From the NCBI GenBank assembly GCA_030704615.1, contig CM060732.1:2542001-2606000 (forward strand): a DNA stretch of 64,000 bases, written 5' to 3'. The first letter of the stretch is position 1, and the number at the start of each line of letters is the position of its first letter. Source of the stretch: Takakia lepidozioides. Lineage: Eukaryota; Plantae; Bryophyta. The translations under genes and the position numbers were made by a program. Below, in pieces: positions 24,101 through 37,529 of this stretch. Below the pieces are notes generated by a model. The model did not search any database, had not been told where the DNA came from, and saw only the letters and a program-made list of their open reading frames with translations.

Positions 24101-24625
24101 AAGCGGCACTGCGTTTCCGTCCCCACCGTAGTGAAGGCAAGGTCCAATGGCGGTTCGGACGGAAATGCAGCCGTCCCCACTGTAATGATGGCAAGGTCCA
24201 ATGGCAATCAGGACGGAAATGCGACACCGCATTTCCATCCGTCCCCACTGTCATGAAGGCAAGGTCCAATGGCAGTCCGGACGGAAATGCGGCACCGCAT
24301 TTCCGTCCCCAATGTCATGAAGGAAGGGTCTCAGGGCAGTCTGGACGGAAATGCGAAACCGATTTTCCGTCCCTACTGTCATGAAGGCAAGGGTGTATAG
24401 TAGGTGGGACGGAAATGCTGTGCCACATTTCCGTCCTACTATTATGGAGGCAAGGGTAACTGGTAGTGGGGACTGAAATGCGGCACCGCATATCCGTCCC
24501 CATTGTCATGAAGGCAAGGTCTAATGGCAGTCCGGACGGAAATGCGGCACCGCATTTCTGTCCCCTCTGTCATGAAGGCAAGGGTGTATGGCTGTCCGAA
24601 TGGATATGCGGTGCGGCATTTCTGT
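21137..24625. repeat. Subfamily C palindrome array: ~64 bp period at both ends, ~95-110 bp with poly-A/T/G/C spacers in the middle
   Basis: Same 22-bp palindrome with different spacers, e.g. at 21790, 21854, 21918, 21982, 22045, 22109 and 22173. Confidence 0.95.
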
Positions 24626-24838
24626 CCCATTGTCATGAAGGCACCGGTAAGTGGTAGTGGGGACGACCGTCCCCACCGCAAGCTCGAATGGCAGTCCGCC
24701 CACCTCACTTCCCCAAAATCCACTGAAGGGGTACATGTTGATGGCAACCTGGACGAAAATGTTCCGTCCCCTTGACATCCACCCATACTCGCTCCTCAGT
24801 GGATCAAATTCGGTGTCAGTCTGCGGCACCCCATATGA

Positions 24839-26536
24839 GGCAAGTGTTCTGCAATTCGAGTGATACACGACAACATTGTGGATAGATGATAAGAAGGAAC
24901 CCAGTTGGGGTTGTCCCTGCTCCTACTTTCACGGGAAGATTTGTCCATGCAAAGTTTGCGGAGGCGACGACGACCCAGTTCTGGTTCTGTAGGCATGACA
25001 TTATGACTTGTGTCTATGGAAAGCCCAAGTACGGCATACAAGCAGTGCCAGAGGCTCCCCCGGTGTGGCTGGTGGAACCGGGATACAATATGAGTCAGGT
25101 TGAAGCCGACGCCCTTACTGCAGCAGGATTTTGGATGGTGCAGCGCACTGACGTCCCCAGACAACCATTTCCGGTTCCACAGCCTCCACCACCGACCGCT
25201 ATGAGAGCAAGATCAAATGTATGTGACAACTCTAAGCATCCTACACACCGTTGGGGAAAACCGAAGAGACGGCGACCTCCCTCAAAAGTGAACGAGACAA
25301 GGATGGGGAATGCACTTGGGATGAACTATACAATCCAGAGCTCAACATAAATGCCCCCACCAGGCTTCGGGCGTGTGTATCAGATGGCCACGGCAGGCTC
25401 AGTTGTCCGCAATGAGGTGTACACCATCACCATTTCAGAATTATCCACCTGCAATTGCACCGACTTCCAGATCATGGCGAAGAAGGGGGCATCATACTGC
25501 CCTTGCAAGCATCTATACTACGTGTACCTAAAGAGCCTCTGGTGTAATTCCACAACTCATCACTTCATACATGCACTAGCGTTGAGCCCCGACGAGATGT
25601 ACACTCTTCTGAATATGGATCCAAGGGACCAGTGAGCTTGGCTTGCGGGGCACAAGACAATGTTACGCCCATCCTTTTCGGAGTTTCAGTTATAGTAGAA
25701 CTGTACTACTGCAAGTACCTCTAACTTTGGCTACAGAAAGGTTTGACTTATGTCTTGTCTACCAGTAACCTATTTTGGTTAAACTAAGATAATACTATGT
25801 CATTACCTTCTGTTTCCACGTGCCTGGATTTTTGTTATTTTTGGGGGTTCTTGTTTTTCTGCTCTCCCAAACTTTGCTTATCTCATTCGACCCCCGGCAA
25901 GAAAATGCGGCGCCGCAGTTCCAAGTAAGGTACTGGTAGTTGCAGCCTTGGTCATAGTAAGATAATTGCACCGAGTCTTCAGGGCGCCGACCGTCAAGAA
26001 CACTGAACCCCTCATAATTCTCGCACGTGCGAACCGTAATGCGGCACCGCATTTCCTAGTGGAGTGGCAAACCTTTCCCGCAGAATGCAGGAAGAAGCAA
26101 GAATTTTCAAGCACTGCAGACTGTGTTGTTGCATGGGGATCATACAATCGTGACAGAAGGGTCAGCTTCATTCCAATGTAAGGGCATATAAAACCGCGGA
26201 ATACTCTATACACGCCAGTATGCAGCGTCCTTTTGCTGTGGTATACTAGATTTCTCATTGCACGGTCAGTTTTTTCCATGAGCAGATTTACAAAACCATG
26301 AGCGGAATTGTTTCTCACGACATATCTTTGCCGCATTATAGGATCTGGAACTTCCAAAAACAGCAATGTCAAATTAAAAACTAGTATTTTAATACTTTTT
26401 TAATCTGCCGCATTTCCAAATTTGGAGAAGTCCGCTCATGAAAACCGCGTATCTTAGACTTCGGCTCACCGCTCATGCGGCTCATGCGGCTCATGGCTCA
26501 TGGCTCATGGTTTCTGCTCATGAAATAGTAAACCTC
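24839..26536 (+). mobile_element. Element end fragment: transposase 3' part (SWIM, to 25635, internal TAA at ~25348) plus TIR
   Basis: Diverged inverted copy of ~5017-6660; ends ...tgaaatagtaaacctc at 26536. Confidence 0.85.
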
Positions 26537-29390
26537 TGGTAATGTGTGGATGGCATTGTAACAGGTGCCTCAATGTGGGCTGGGCGGTTTTCCGACCGGC
26601 ACCTCTTTGCCTACGAGGAGGATTCATCCGTGTGGGGATCCCATCTGGAAGGGCTGCAACGGAATGTTAAGGCTCCCAACAGAGCGGAAGTCTCCTCGGA
26701 TTCGTCGGAGTCCGAGGAAGACACAGTGGACATTGATGCGGAGGAGAACCCGGAATACGAGTGAGTGCAAACATTGTAAGTTTGCAAAGCCTTCTGGGTC
26801 ATTTTTGTCAAACGAATTTCCGGACTGTGGTTCTCATTAGTCTCGTTGATGATTGTCATGTGCAGGATTGCAGGGTCCGGGTCGAAACATGTAGGGCCTA
26901 CACTTCCTGCCAGGAAGAATGTCCCGTTCTTTGCGAGGGCCGACTTCATGACGAGCCCGGTGAGGGACTACTCCCTTCCTAGTTATGCAGCTAAACTCGC
27001 ATAGAAGAAGTGAGAATCCCAGTAAAGTAGAGCAGATTTTGGAGAGGGCTAGGGAGGACAGAAGGATAAGGAAAGAGTTGGCAGCAGCTCAGACAGGTAG
27101 ACGGGTACGAAAGTACATATGTGATTCAGCGGATGAGAGCGACGCAGACAGGGAGGAAGACGACCCAACGGAGGTGAGATGGACAGTTCCGCAAGGGGAA
27201 GATGGGATTTTCGAAAGCCTGGCCGACGAGCAGTCCGCTGGAGATGAGAAAGGCACTGAGGGGGTGGAGGCGGAGCAGGACAGGCTAGAACAGGATGAGG
27301 ATTCGGATGATTTTCAAGATTAATAGAATTTTAATGAAGTCTCTGTAAATGTAAATTCTCTTCCAGAGTATATAAAGGAAATTCTCCCCGACATTCGTGA
27401 CCCCTCTCCAGTGTGCATTCCAGCCACACAATCGCCCAAACCACGACGCTCCCAAAATCAGAAATGGGGCACCGCATTTCCAAAATTTTGGCAACTCTAA
27501 GAACCTCTTTTGGAAATGCGGCACCGCATTTCCAAAACAGGGGAGGGACTAAATTTTCCATTTCAATGTTGGCATAGTAAAAAGTAATCGGCCGATTGGA
27601 AATGCGGTGCCGCATTTCCAAAATTTCCTTTGTCCACACGCCAGTTTTTGCCTCTCCCGCTCATTGCATGGATGCCACCACGCTTACAGAGGTCGAACAA
27701 GGAGGTCAAACAAGGAGGTCGAGATGGCGGAATTGGAAATGCGGTGCCGCATTTCCATATTGGGGATGGTCGTTGTTCGAACTGCAGGCCCATCAGCAAA
27801 AATTGGCACCGCATTCCATTGTAAAAAAAAAGTCGATGACGGACATGGAAATGCGGCGCCGCATTTCCAGAACGGACATCGTAATTTGTCCATTTGCAGA
27901 CCCTCTCGCGGAAATGCGGTAACGCATTCCATCGCGCTGGTCGGAAATGTCACACTTTTCGAAGTGTTGGACGGAAATGCGGCACCGCATTCCCTTGTCC
28001 AAAAAGAAGTTTCCATTGCCAAGCTGGAAATGCGTCGCCGCATTTGCAATGCCAACCTCGTTGTCTGTCCAATTTATAGACCCGTGTTGGTATTTCGTGT
28101 ACCTGGACGGAAATGATGCACCGCATTTCCATGTCGGCATCGAAATGCGGTTCCAATGTCCTACATGGAAATGCGGTGCCGCATTTCGATGTCCGACATG
28201 GCGTTACTCTGGTATATTCTTGACACATGACTCTCATACCGGTTACTCTGCTATATTCATCCGGACAGACACATTGTAGAAATGAGACATCAAATTGTAA
28301 ACAGTGGGCCAATTCCGACAGTTATTCAACAGAATGAAACACAATCATACAGAAGTGAGGTACGATGGGTTTATTGATCGGACACGATGTCTCACATTTA
28401 CCAACTGCAGACAAAACTAAGCCCTTCCTCCTTCTACATGGGCTTCACCAAGTCGACGGAACTTCGATACCCCTCAAAACAAGCTCATCACTGCTGCGGC
28501 ACCTCGAGGTAAACTGTAATTCGGTCATTCTGCTGCCCTTGCTGGAGCCGACGACAATATCATGTCCATCAATGATACCACCATCATACATTGACAAGGT
28601 CACTGTGGGCCTCATGTGCCCGTGCGATTCGTCTTCGCAACTCAGCCGAATGTCTCCATACACTGGAAGAGCGGAGTGATCTGCACGTATATAGTTTTCC
28701 CCGGTGCCGTCCTCCCTGGTCCACTGGCAGCAGTTCCAGCGCCAAAGCGAGGCCGTGCGTGATCTGTCCGGCATCCCTTTCCAGCTTGGTATATCGAGGT
28801 CAACAATTTTCAGGACCCACGGACCGCATTCACCCTCGCCCTCATCTCGCTCAAAGCGGTAATAGCCCTCCAAATACTCCATTGCGCGCAAAGACTCTTG
28901 CTTGATTCCAGCAGCATCTGTGAAAACAGAGAGCCAGACAATGATGTCTCCTGATTCTGGTTTGAACATAGCATAATCGTGGCCATGATAAGGGCAGTCG
29001 GCTGGATTTCGGCGGCACAGCATCCTCGAAAAAGAGTAGCGGAGTACGCTCAATGACAGCAGCTCCCGGAAGGAGCAGCGCGGTGGCTGGAAAAAGTTCA
29101 AGCTAACGCTGCAATTCCTCAGAAACACTCCAGGTCACATTTAAATTTCCCCCCTACAGGATCCTGGACCGATGAAGATTGGCTGCTTCATGAATGTAGC
29201 CGTTTCCGTTTCCTACCCTGCCATGCAAACTATGGGCACTCACTGCCAGGTGGGCCGATAGCCACTGGACACGACGAAGTCCATCCCCTCTTCGATGTAA
29301 ATGCGGCGCCGAATTTCCATCCGGGGGGATGGACTTCGGTGGCAGATCTCAAACTATAACTTGTTGATGAGACAGATGTATGGGTTCATC
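26537..29390 (+). mobile_element. Internal duplicate of element A 16321-18460, including ~870 bp that A lacks
   Basis: Near-identical last two ParB-MTase exons and palindrome cluster. The extra segment ~28364-29236 is also present at ~61930-62815. Confidence 0.9.
28445..29023 (-). CDS. Unknown cargo protein, paralog 2 (192 aa, open frame)
   Basis: Encodes MLCRRNPADCPYHGHDYAMFKPESGDIIVW...EYLEGYYRFER...PWVLKIVDLDIPSWKG...WRWNCCQWT...YGDIRL...GIEVPSTW. A frameshifted copy lies at 62156-62735. Confidence 0.65.
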   Translation of the reverse strand: MLCRRNPADCPYHGHDYAMFKPESGDIIVWLSVFTDAAGIKQESLRAMEYLEGYYRFERDEGEGECGPWVLKIVDLDIPSWKGMPDRSRTASLWRWNCCQWTREDGTGENYIRADHSALPVYGDIRLSCEDESHGHMRPTVTLSMYDGGIIDGHDIVVGSSKGSRMTELQFTSRCRSSDELVLRGIEVPSTW

Positions 29391-30160
29391 TCTCTTCCAG
29401 CTCCTGACATTGGATCGGAAATGGCAGACACGGTGGCTGTCGATCTGGAATGCATCCGAGAGCATAAGGACAATGTGGTCTTTTCCACTGGAAGTTTCTG
29501 ACCCTTGCAGTGGATGTGTGGCTCAACCGTATGACTTGGTGGTTCCAGGTAATTCAAGGTACTTCCCCAGATTTGCTTTTCTGAAATGAATTCCCTGAAC
29601 TGCTATGTGACAATGCATTTGGGAATTGCAGGTAATGTCGAATGCGAAGGAGCAAGTCGTAATGCACACAAATTCGTTCGGCTTGTACGTCAAATGGGAT
29701 GGAACACAGACATTGGAAGACTACGTGACACGTTTCAGATGTGCGTACAATGACAACCTTTTTGCCAGAGAGCTACAGACAGCAAGAAGGAGCGTGGAGT
29801 TTACACATCAGGAGGGAGCGGGGAAAGCTGCAATGCGAATTGTTTACAGGTGAAGCACAGCTGCCCTTGTATGCGAAGCCTGGTTACGAGGTTTGTCTCG
29901 GAAATGCGGCACCGCATTCATTTTATGTTTTCGGTGGCACTCTGCGAGTAGGTTGGTCTCAACTTTTGCTCACGCATGCTGACTGCCTTGCAGGTATATG
30001 AAATACGTGCTCCTTCAGACAGGGGCCCTGGCTCAAGAGCCCCTGTTCTTCATGGCTTGGACCGTGGCGGGCCCAAGCTGTGTCTACACATCCAATAATG
30101 GAGCATCTGGGTCCCACGTACCCACCGACGGAGGTGGAACGTGTTCATCACGCCGGCGGT

Positions 30161-32328
30161 GTGGCTATTGCTAGGAAGGAACTTCAGTGCATTGAAACCT
30201 CACCTTCTCTTTCGCCTCCACACATGCCGTTGAGAGGTGATGCAGTTTCTCCAATTGCATGGTCGGCTGCATGGCCCGAGAATAGTGTTTTGCAATCTCG
30301 GGGATGAAGTCCTTTCCAAGTGCCGGATCTGCAATTGCCACCAGCTTCACAAGCTTTGACTTGTATTTGGTTCTGGACTTGACACCGGCTTCCTTCAAGT
30401 GCTCAGTCAATGACTGCAACGTTTTGACCTGCCCCTCACTTTGCATGAAGAAGCGTTTGGCATGGGCCAAATCCAGCTTGATGTTTGACTGCCAACAAAA
30501 ACACGCAGAAGCATTACATTCGATTCATGTGGAAAGATTACTGGAAATTGGGGAAGGATGAGCAGAGGGAAATTGGAGGACGACTTACTTCGTATATCAC
30601 CTCCACCATTCCATCCATAGTGAGACAATACCATGTCCGGTCTGTTTTTGCAACGGCTTTCTGAATGAGCTCGGGCTCCAGCATTTCCGCAAACATCTGC
30701 GGATCAGTGAGACCAGTTTTCCTCACCCTGTACAGCATATGTGCCATGTGGGTATGCACGTACGCATTCTCAGTGACCCTGCAAGGCACACTCTCCAGTT
30801 CAGTACACGGAAGCACGGAAACAAACCAGAATGGAAACCGAAATGCGGCACCGCATTTCGAACGTGCTAGGGAGGGTATGAGTATCTTACGAGTTGAGGT
30901 CCGCCATGGCATTCTTGAGCAGGGAGGAGTCTGCCGCCTTCACCTTCAGGATGACACACTCCACCATGTAATGCCAGCCAATGTGCTTGGCATGGTTCTG
31001 CTTGATGTACTCCCACCAGGCGAGAAGTCGGTGATTCCCGTCCCACACAAAGAACATTTTACCAGACATATGGCCGAAGTCTGGATCACCCTTCAGCGTC
31101 GCCTCGAATTCGTCGTTGCGAGTGTGCCAGTGGGTATCCCACGTTGACAATTCATCGGCAGTGGGTCCACGAGTTTTGCTGTCCTCATTCTCAATGGAAA
31201 CGTAAAACGCTGCCAATCCCAGACGGTACCCTTCTCGAAATGCGAACTTGAGCTTATCCACATCTCCGGGAAGGGCCTGCCTGACGATGGGAAGGGAGAC
31301 CATGCGACAGAGTGGGATTCGAAGAGTCCGCTGGAATACCCTGCTGCCTAGAACTCTGCCAATGCTACTGTGTGTCTCCTCCAACATTTTATCCGCTGCA
31401 CTTTTGAAATCCTCCGGAGACATGTCTGTAGGTGCCGGTAGTGGCTGAGCAGCTGGAGCATCCTCAACTGGAGCTGCACTCTGGGGCCTGTGTGCGGGCA
31501 ATTCTGCCATTGCAGAGGCCTCCTCCGGGCCTGCTTGCTCATCGGTGGTGAGGTCTGGCTGCGAACGTTCAGCGGCAGTACCCTCCTCCGGTACCAAATC
31601 GACAAAAACCGTCGATCCCATTGCCTTCGCTGCAGCAGAGACGGCCCCAACATCTGCAGGCGGGAAATCCTCCAGGAACTGAGCTTCAGCTCATGGAAGC
31701 GGTTTTTGCGGGAGATTGTTCGGCCGTCGCCCTGATTGCCTTCTGCTTCCTCATCCTTGCAGGTGAAGGTGTCTGCTGCAATTGAATCTGTCTCTTACCC
31801 TGCTGCTTCATTCGCGTTGGGGGGGGTGAATCGGCCTGAGCCGGTTCAGAAGCCAGTAGAGGGACGGGCTGCTTCTTCTTCGACTTTGCTGGAGAAGGGC
31901 CCGACCCCTTCTGGCGATTCTCCATGACCGAAGAACGCGAGTCGATCTCTGGGGCTTTGAACTTGCCCTTCGAAGCCGCGTCTTTGAATCGCACAGGGCT
32001 AGGCCCGGTAGGAATACCCGCGCTCGGGGATCGGGTGGGTGTACGTGCTGCAGCTAGCTCCTCGGACTCTTCCTGCGGCTCTTCGGATTCCTGCGATCCC
32101 TCCAGCACGTCCACCTTTCCTGTTAGGCATACAAACATGTTCTGCATTCAAGTCTCATAGCATTCAGTCTAAGAATTACAGAAGCAAAATGGGGGGTTCG
32201 GTGCTCGATCAGCTGCGCGCAGCCCGATCGCATGGAGCTCTCACTGGTGGCTGGGTTGCCTGAGTGGCCTGCTGCTCGGAGATGGCAATCTCCTCCTGTA
32301 GACGCATCTGCTTCCGCCCCTTCGGCAT
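30161..32328 (-). pseudogene. ParB-MTase gene, exons 1-4
   Basis: ORF 30887-31621 gives the continuous ParB-like domain ...DPDFGHMSGKMFFVWDGNHRLLAWWEYIKQ...KNAMADLNS. Confidence 0.85.
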
Positions 32329-32724
32329 TGGCCTACGTCCGAAGTATAATTTCCGGAGCTTGCGACGAGGTCTCCTGTCTGGTGCACGAACTCCCCCCCT
32401 CTCAGGTTCGAGCATAAGAAGAACAGAGAGAGGGAAAAGGGGCAAAGAGTGCAGATGGAAAGGGCGCGAGAGGGGTCACTGAGGAGACACGACAAAAGTA
32501 GATGAAACGGCGGTGATGCACCACTTGGGTTCGAAAGGGTTGGACGAAAGTGTCTCCGCGTGGAGTTTGCGTCATTACAAAATTCGAATCGTTCAGGGTA
32601 CGCCTGCCGTCCGAAAAACAAACATCATTATCCAACGGTCAGGCCGCGCCGCCTCATGCCCCTTCAGTCAGATAGAGTGCCGACATGTGCAGCAATTCCG
32701 TTGCTCCACGTGTTCACATTTCAA

Positions 32725-33760
32725 GGCATTTCCGTCCCAGCGTCTGATGAGTTGGAGTGAAAATGCGAATGCGGCGCCGCATTTTCGTTAAGTACCATCA
32801 CGAAGCTACACATCCGTACTTGTTGGAAGAAAATGCGGCACCACATTTCCGTTCCACCTTCACATACCTTAGTTGTTGAACGGAAATACGGTGCCGCATT
32901 TCCGTCCCACAGCTCCATGTATGAGATACAAAAGGGAAATGCGGCGCCGCATTTCCGTTCTGGAATGTCGAAAGGTGCGATTCGGACGGAAATGAGGCAC
33001 AACATTTCAGTTCCGATGTTTCAGGATATTTCATGAGAACGGAAATGCGGTGCCGCATTTCCGTTCTGGAATGTTGGGAGGTGCGACTCGGATGGAAATG
33101 CGTTGCCGCATTTCAGTTCCGATGGTTCACGATTTTCAGTCAGAACGGAAATGCGGTACCGCATTTCCGTTCTGGATAGTATGAATGTCTCAAGCGGTCG
33201 GAATTGCGCTGTCTCAAGCGGTCGGAATCGCACTCGGCTCCATGCATCAGATACAAAATGGAAATGCGGCGCCGCATTTCCGTTCTGGAATGTCGGAAAG
33301 TGCGACTCCGACAGAAATGCGGTGCCGCATTTCTGTTCCCGTTGTTCTTAATTCTCAATCAGAACGGAAATGCGGTACCGCATTTCCGTTATGGAGAGTA
33401 TGAATGTCTTTTAAGGACGAAAATGTGTTGCAGCATTTCTATCCCTCAGCTCCATGCATCAGATATAAAATGGAAATGCGGCGCCGCATTTCCATTCTGG
33501 AATGTCGGAAAAGTGCGACTCGGACGGAAATGCGGTGCCGCATTTCTGTTCCCGTTGTTCATAATTCTCAATCAGAACGGAAATGCGGTACCGCATTTCC
33601 GTTCCACCTTCACATACCGTGCTTGCTGGATGGAAATGCGTTACCGCATTTCCGTTCTGGAGAGTATAAAGGTTCCCCGGACGGAAACTCGGTGCCGCAT
33701 TTCCGTCGCTCTGGTGCATGACCAAGATGCAATACGGAAATGCGGCGCCGTATTTCCGTC
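32725..33760. repeat. Palindrome array, ~53 bp period (shorter version of 9895-11600)
   Basis: Same repeat and spacers with fewer units. Confidence 0.95.
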
Positions 33761-33966
33761 CACCAGCAATCGAAAGAATCACTCGGGACGGGAAATCGGG
33801 AACCTCAATGGGTTGCATTGTTCCGAAACAACATTGCGGCCAGTCTTGATGAGCACAACTTGGTTGTCTGACCGTTTAACGAACAGTCCTGGCACTTGTC
33901 AGTGCGAACGTTCCTGTCTGCACCGAGAATACTGCTGGATCCACCCTCAGGAGAAACTGTCAGGAG

Positions 33967-36900
33967 ATGTTATTTCGTCGCCGAATCGGCCATCATTGTC
34001 ATACTTACTGGCTATGGAATCAAACCTCCCACCTTCATGCATGTAGCTTGAAACAATACTTTCCACTTCAATGTGCGACTTCCAATCGTCGATGGACTCC
34101 GCATGGTGCCTGTGAGCCTTGGTCTGTCGCTATACTGAACCTCACACTTGCCAACTCCGTGCGGTGTTCGATGGCTCCGAATTCCTACGCTATAGTTTGT
34201 TGTCCTCCGCAACTTGGGAGAGCCTGGATCCCAAACGAGGGAGGACTTTGCAGAGTGACTGAAACTTACCTTTGTTCCAAATTCAAGCTCAAACCGGGCA
34301 CAGTTTATTTGGAAGAAGAAAGGAAGGATGTTCCTGGACAGGTTGACGAGACCATTGTCGTGCTAGGTAACGACGGAGGTTGCGGAATCGAATGGCATGT
34401 TCCCCCATCAGACACCATCCTGTACCGAGCTGTGGGAATGCCCATTCCCTTTCCGAATCAATCGCTGCCCACACCATCCACAAAGGAGTCCGGAAACCGA
34501 GAGGCGGCCACTGCCAACAGAGAGGTATGCAACGATAATCATTCCCGACCTGGACCGTCAAGACCCTCCATAGCTTCTCGTGTGGACGTATTCGACATTT
34601 CCGACGAGGAAGATGATTGCATTGAGGTACCCATGTCCTCCACACGGTCGTTCAAATCCGGCATGGACGTCTCTGTCGGTGCTACGAATGTGCCTCGAGC
34701 ATAACTCCAAACCCGGTCCATTGTGCAGCTCCTACGACAACATCACCTCGATGGTTCTCGCTCCGAGCTGGCTGCTCTCGACTATGCCAAATTCCCAGTC
34801 AGAAAGGTAACGTTTCTGCCTCCCGAAGTCGATGGCAATGTCATCTTCGAGTTTCCACCTGTTTCTTCGTCAAACAAAGCCTCCGGGATGTTAACAGACA
34901 TGGATCGAAAGCATGACATGTGCAGAGCCAAGCAATATTACGTAATCCATTTGCTCCCGGACTTGACTAGAGCTTGCATACACGTTGGGGTCCACTGCCA
35001 CCCCTTGGCGAGAGGCAACATGCGTGAGGCTGTGCAGGAAGCACACGACATCATAAAAGAGGAGGTGAAATTGAGCCCCGGAGCCAGACCAAAGCAGATT
35101 CAGCTGAAGGCAGCCCACAAGATTGCTCTTGGCAAAATCATGTCTGAAGATGGTTCCGACCGAGAGCCCTTGACCGAAGACGAGATGCGTGACCTCTTGG
35201 AGTCGGTCTCGCACGTTTGTAGTCCGAATGTGCGGAATCACATCGTATCTTGCAAGCAGGAGTTCGGCAGGGGGTCGGACATGTACTCAATCCTGGAGGT
35301 GAAACGAATGACTGGATATGACTACATCCAAGGTAGCAGGTTTCCAGGGCAAGGCAGCGAATCCGATCGTTGTTACATTTTCAAAATGTCGACGTGTGGG
35401 CCTGGGAGTGGAGTCGACTTGGTCACTCGCATGACAACTGGAAACTTGTCGAATGCTTGGGTGATGTTTGATCACATCAAGCGAATTACAAACCATCAGT
35501 GGGTGACTATGGGTGCGCATGTTTATGACTATCACTCCAAGAGGCTCATGACGATTGCAATCTGCGAGATGAAAGGGGAGGACACACAGTCCGAGATGCA
35601 TCTGTGGGAGGGCATAAACGAGCAGATGGCAAGGGCGGGATTGCCAGAGCCCAATTTCAGGGGATTCATGGCAGACAACGCTCAGGCCAACTGGGCAGCG
35701 GTGCGGCGTGTGTACGGTGAGGACCCCAATGTTCCAATGGAGGGGAAAGAGAGATCTTGTGGATTCCATTGGATGCAGAGTCTATCCCACTACACTACCA
35801 AATTTGTTGCTAGCTCATTCCAGGCTGAACACCGTGTCCTTTGTACGGCGTGGAAGGATGCACCCACATTTGATGACGCGGAGGTTAAGATTGCTATCAT
35901 CGAGGCTTGGTGGAACACGTCAGGTGCAGTGGAGACAACCAATCTGGGAGCATTGCACAGCTGGTTGGGGTGGTGGCATTTTCGGTATCGACAGTTCGGA
36001 CAGTACATGCGGGAGGTAGGCTGCTGTCAATTTCATTCATTTGTCTTTCTGTTACGGACATTTCGATTGGTCCCTCACCATTGTTTGTGTCCTTCTAGGA
36101 GCGGTGCTTGGATTCCGAGTCGGACATGCCGAACACGAATATGGCAGAATCGGTCCACTCCTCCTGGCGAGCGTCTTCTGCCGCACATCTGGTGGACGTA
36201 GTGACGGCCACAACGGAGGACATCGACAGAGCAATCATGCAGCAAGCCACGTACTACAAGTTCCTAAGCGGCAAACAATGGGGCTTTGGGCCGGACAGGG
36301 AGGAATTGTTGGTACGAACAGCTTCGAGGTCCAAGAATCCAGTGAAATGGGCGACAGCATTGCGAGAGAAGATCAAAGGGACGCCTCTGCACCGCAGAGG
36401 TGAACACCTAGAGGGGGACGTCCGGACTCGCCCTGTCAGGCGGAGGATTGAAGAGGAACCCGGGTGCGAAGAGGATTCCTGGAGATCCGACAGGAACATT
36501 CGGACAGCACCTCGAGGTCCCGTCATGTTGCCGCACAATGTGTCTTCCAGCAGTGGAAGCCCAAGAAATTTCAGATCGCCGTCGCCTTCAACCGGGGATT
36601 TCATGCAAAAAATTCCCACCGCTCCCTTGCCCCAGATTCCGCCCGCTGTTATGCAGTATGGCCAAGCCATTGTGGAGACGACTGTGTCTGCCTCACAGTG
36701 GAAAATTGCTCGCACAAAGCCGTCGTTTCGAGGAAGGTGTTCCGCAATTCGTGTGGATACACGACAACGTTGTTTAGAGATGATAAGGAGGAATCCAGAT
36801 GGGGCTGTCCCTGCTCCTACTTTTACAGGAAGATTTGTCCATGCAAAGTTTGCGGAGGCGACAACCACCCAGTTCTGGTTCTGCAGGCACGACATTATGA

Positions 36901-37529
36901 CTTGCGTGTATGGAAAGCCCAAGTACGGCATACAAACAATGCCAGAGGCTCCCCCGGTGTGGCCGGTGGAACCAGGCTGCGATCTGAGTCAGGTTGAGGC
37001 CGACGCCCTTACCGCCGCAGGATTTCGGATGGTGCAGCGCACTGACGTCCCCAGAGAACCATTTCCGCTTCCACAGCCTCCACCACCGACCCCTGTGAGA
37101 GCAAGAACAATGGACACGACAGCTCTAAGCATCCTACACACCGTTGGGGGAAACCGAAGAGGCGGCGACCTCCCTCAAAAGTGAACGAGACAAGGATGGG
37201 GAATGCACTTCGGATGAACTGTACAATCCAGAGCTCGACAGAAGTGCCCCCACCAAGATTCGGGCGTGTGTATCAGATGGCCACGGCGGGCTCAGCTGTT
37301 CGCAACGAGGTGTACACCATCACCATTTCAGAAATTACCCACCTGCAATTGCACCGACTTCCAGATCATGGCGAACAAGGGGGCATCATACTACCCTTGC
37401 AAGCATTTGTACTACGTGTACCTAAAGAGACTCCGTTGTAATTCCACAACTCATCACTTCATACATGCACCAGGGTTGAGCCCCCAGGAGGTTCACACTC
37501 TTCTGAATATGGATCCAGGGGACCAGTGA
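33967..37529 (+). pseudogene. GCM-MULE-SWIM transposase copy with an in-frame deletion of the GCM core and frameshifts
   Basis: The junction DRKHD|MCRAKQ at ~34917 removes 83 codons. Intron 36016-36098. SWIM in ORF 37266-37529. Confidence 0.88.
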
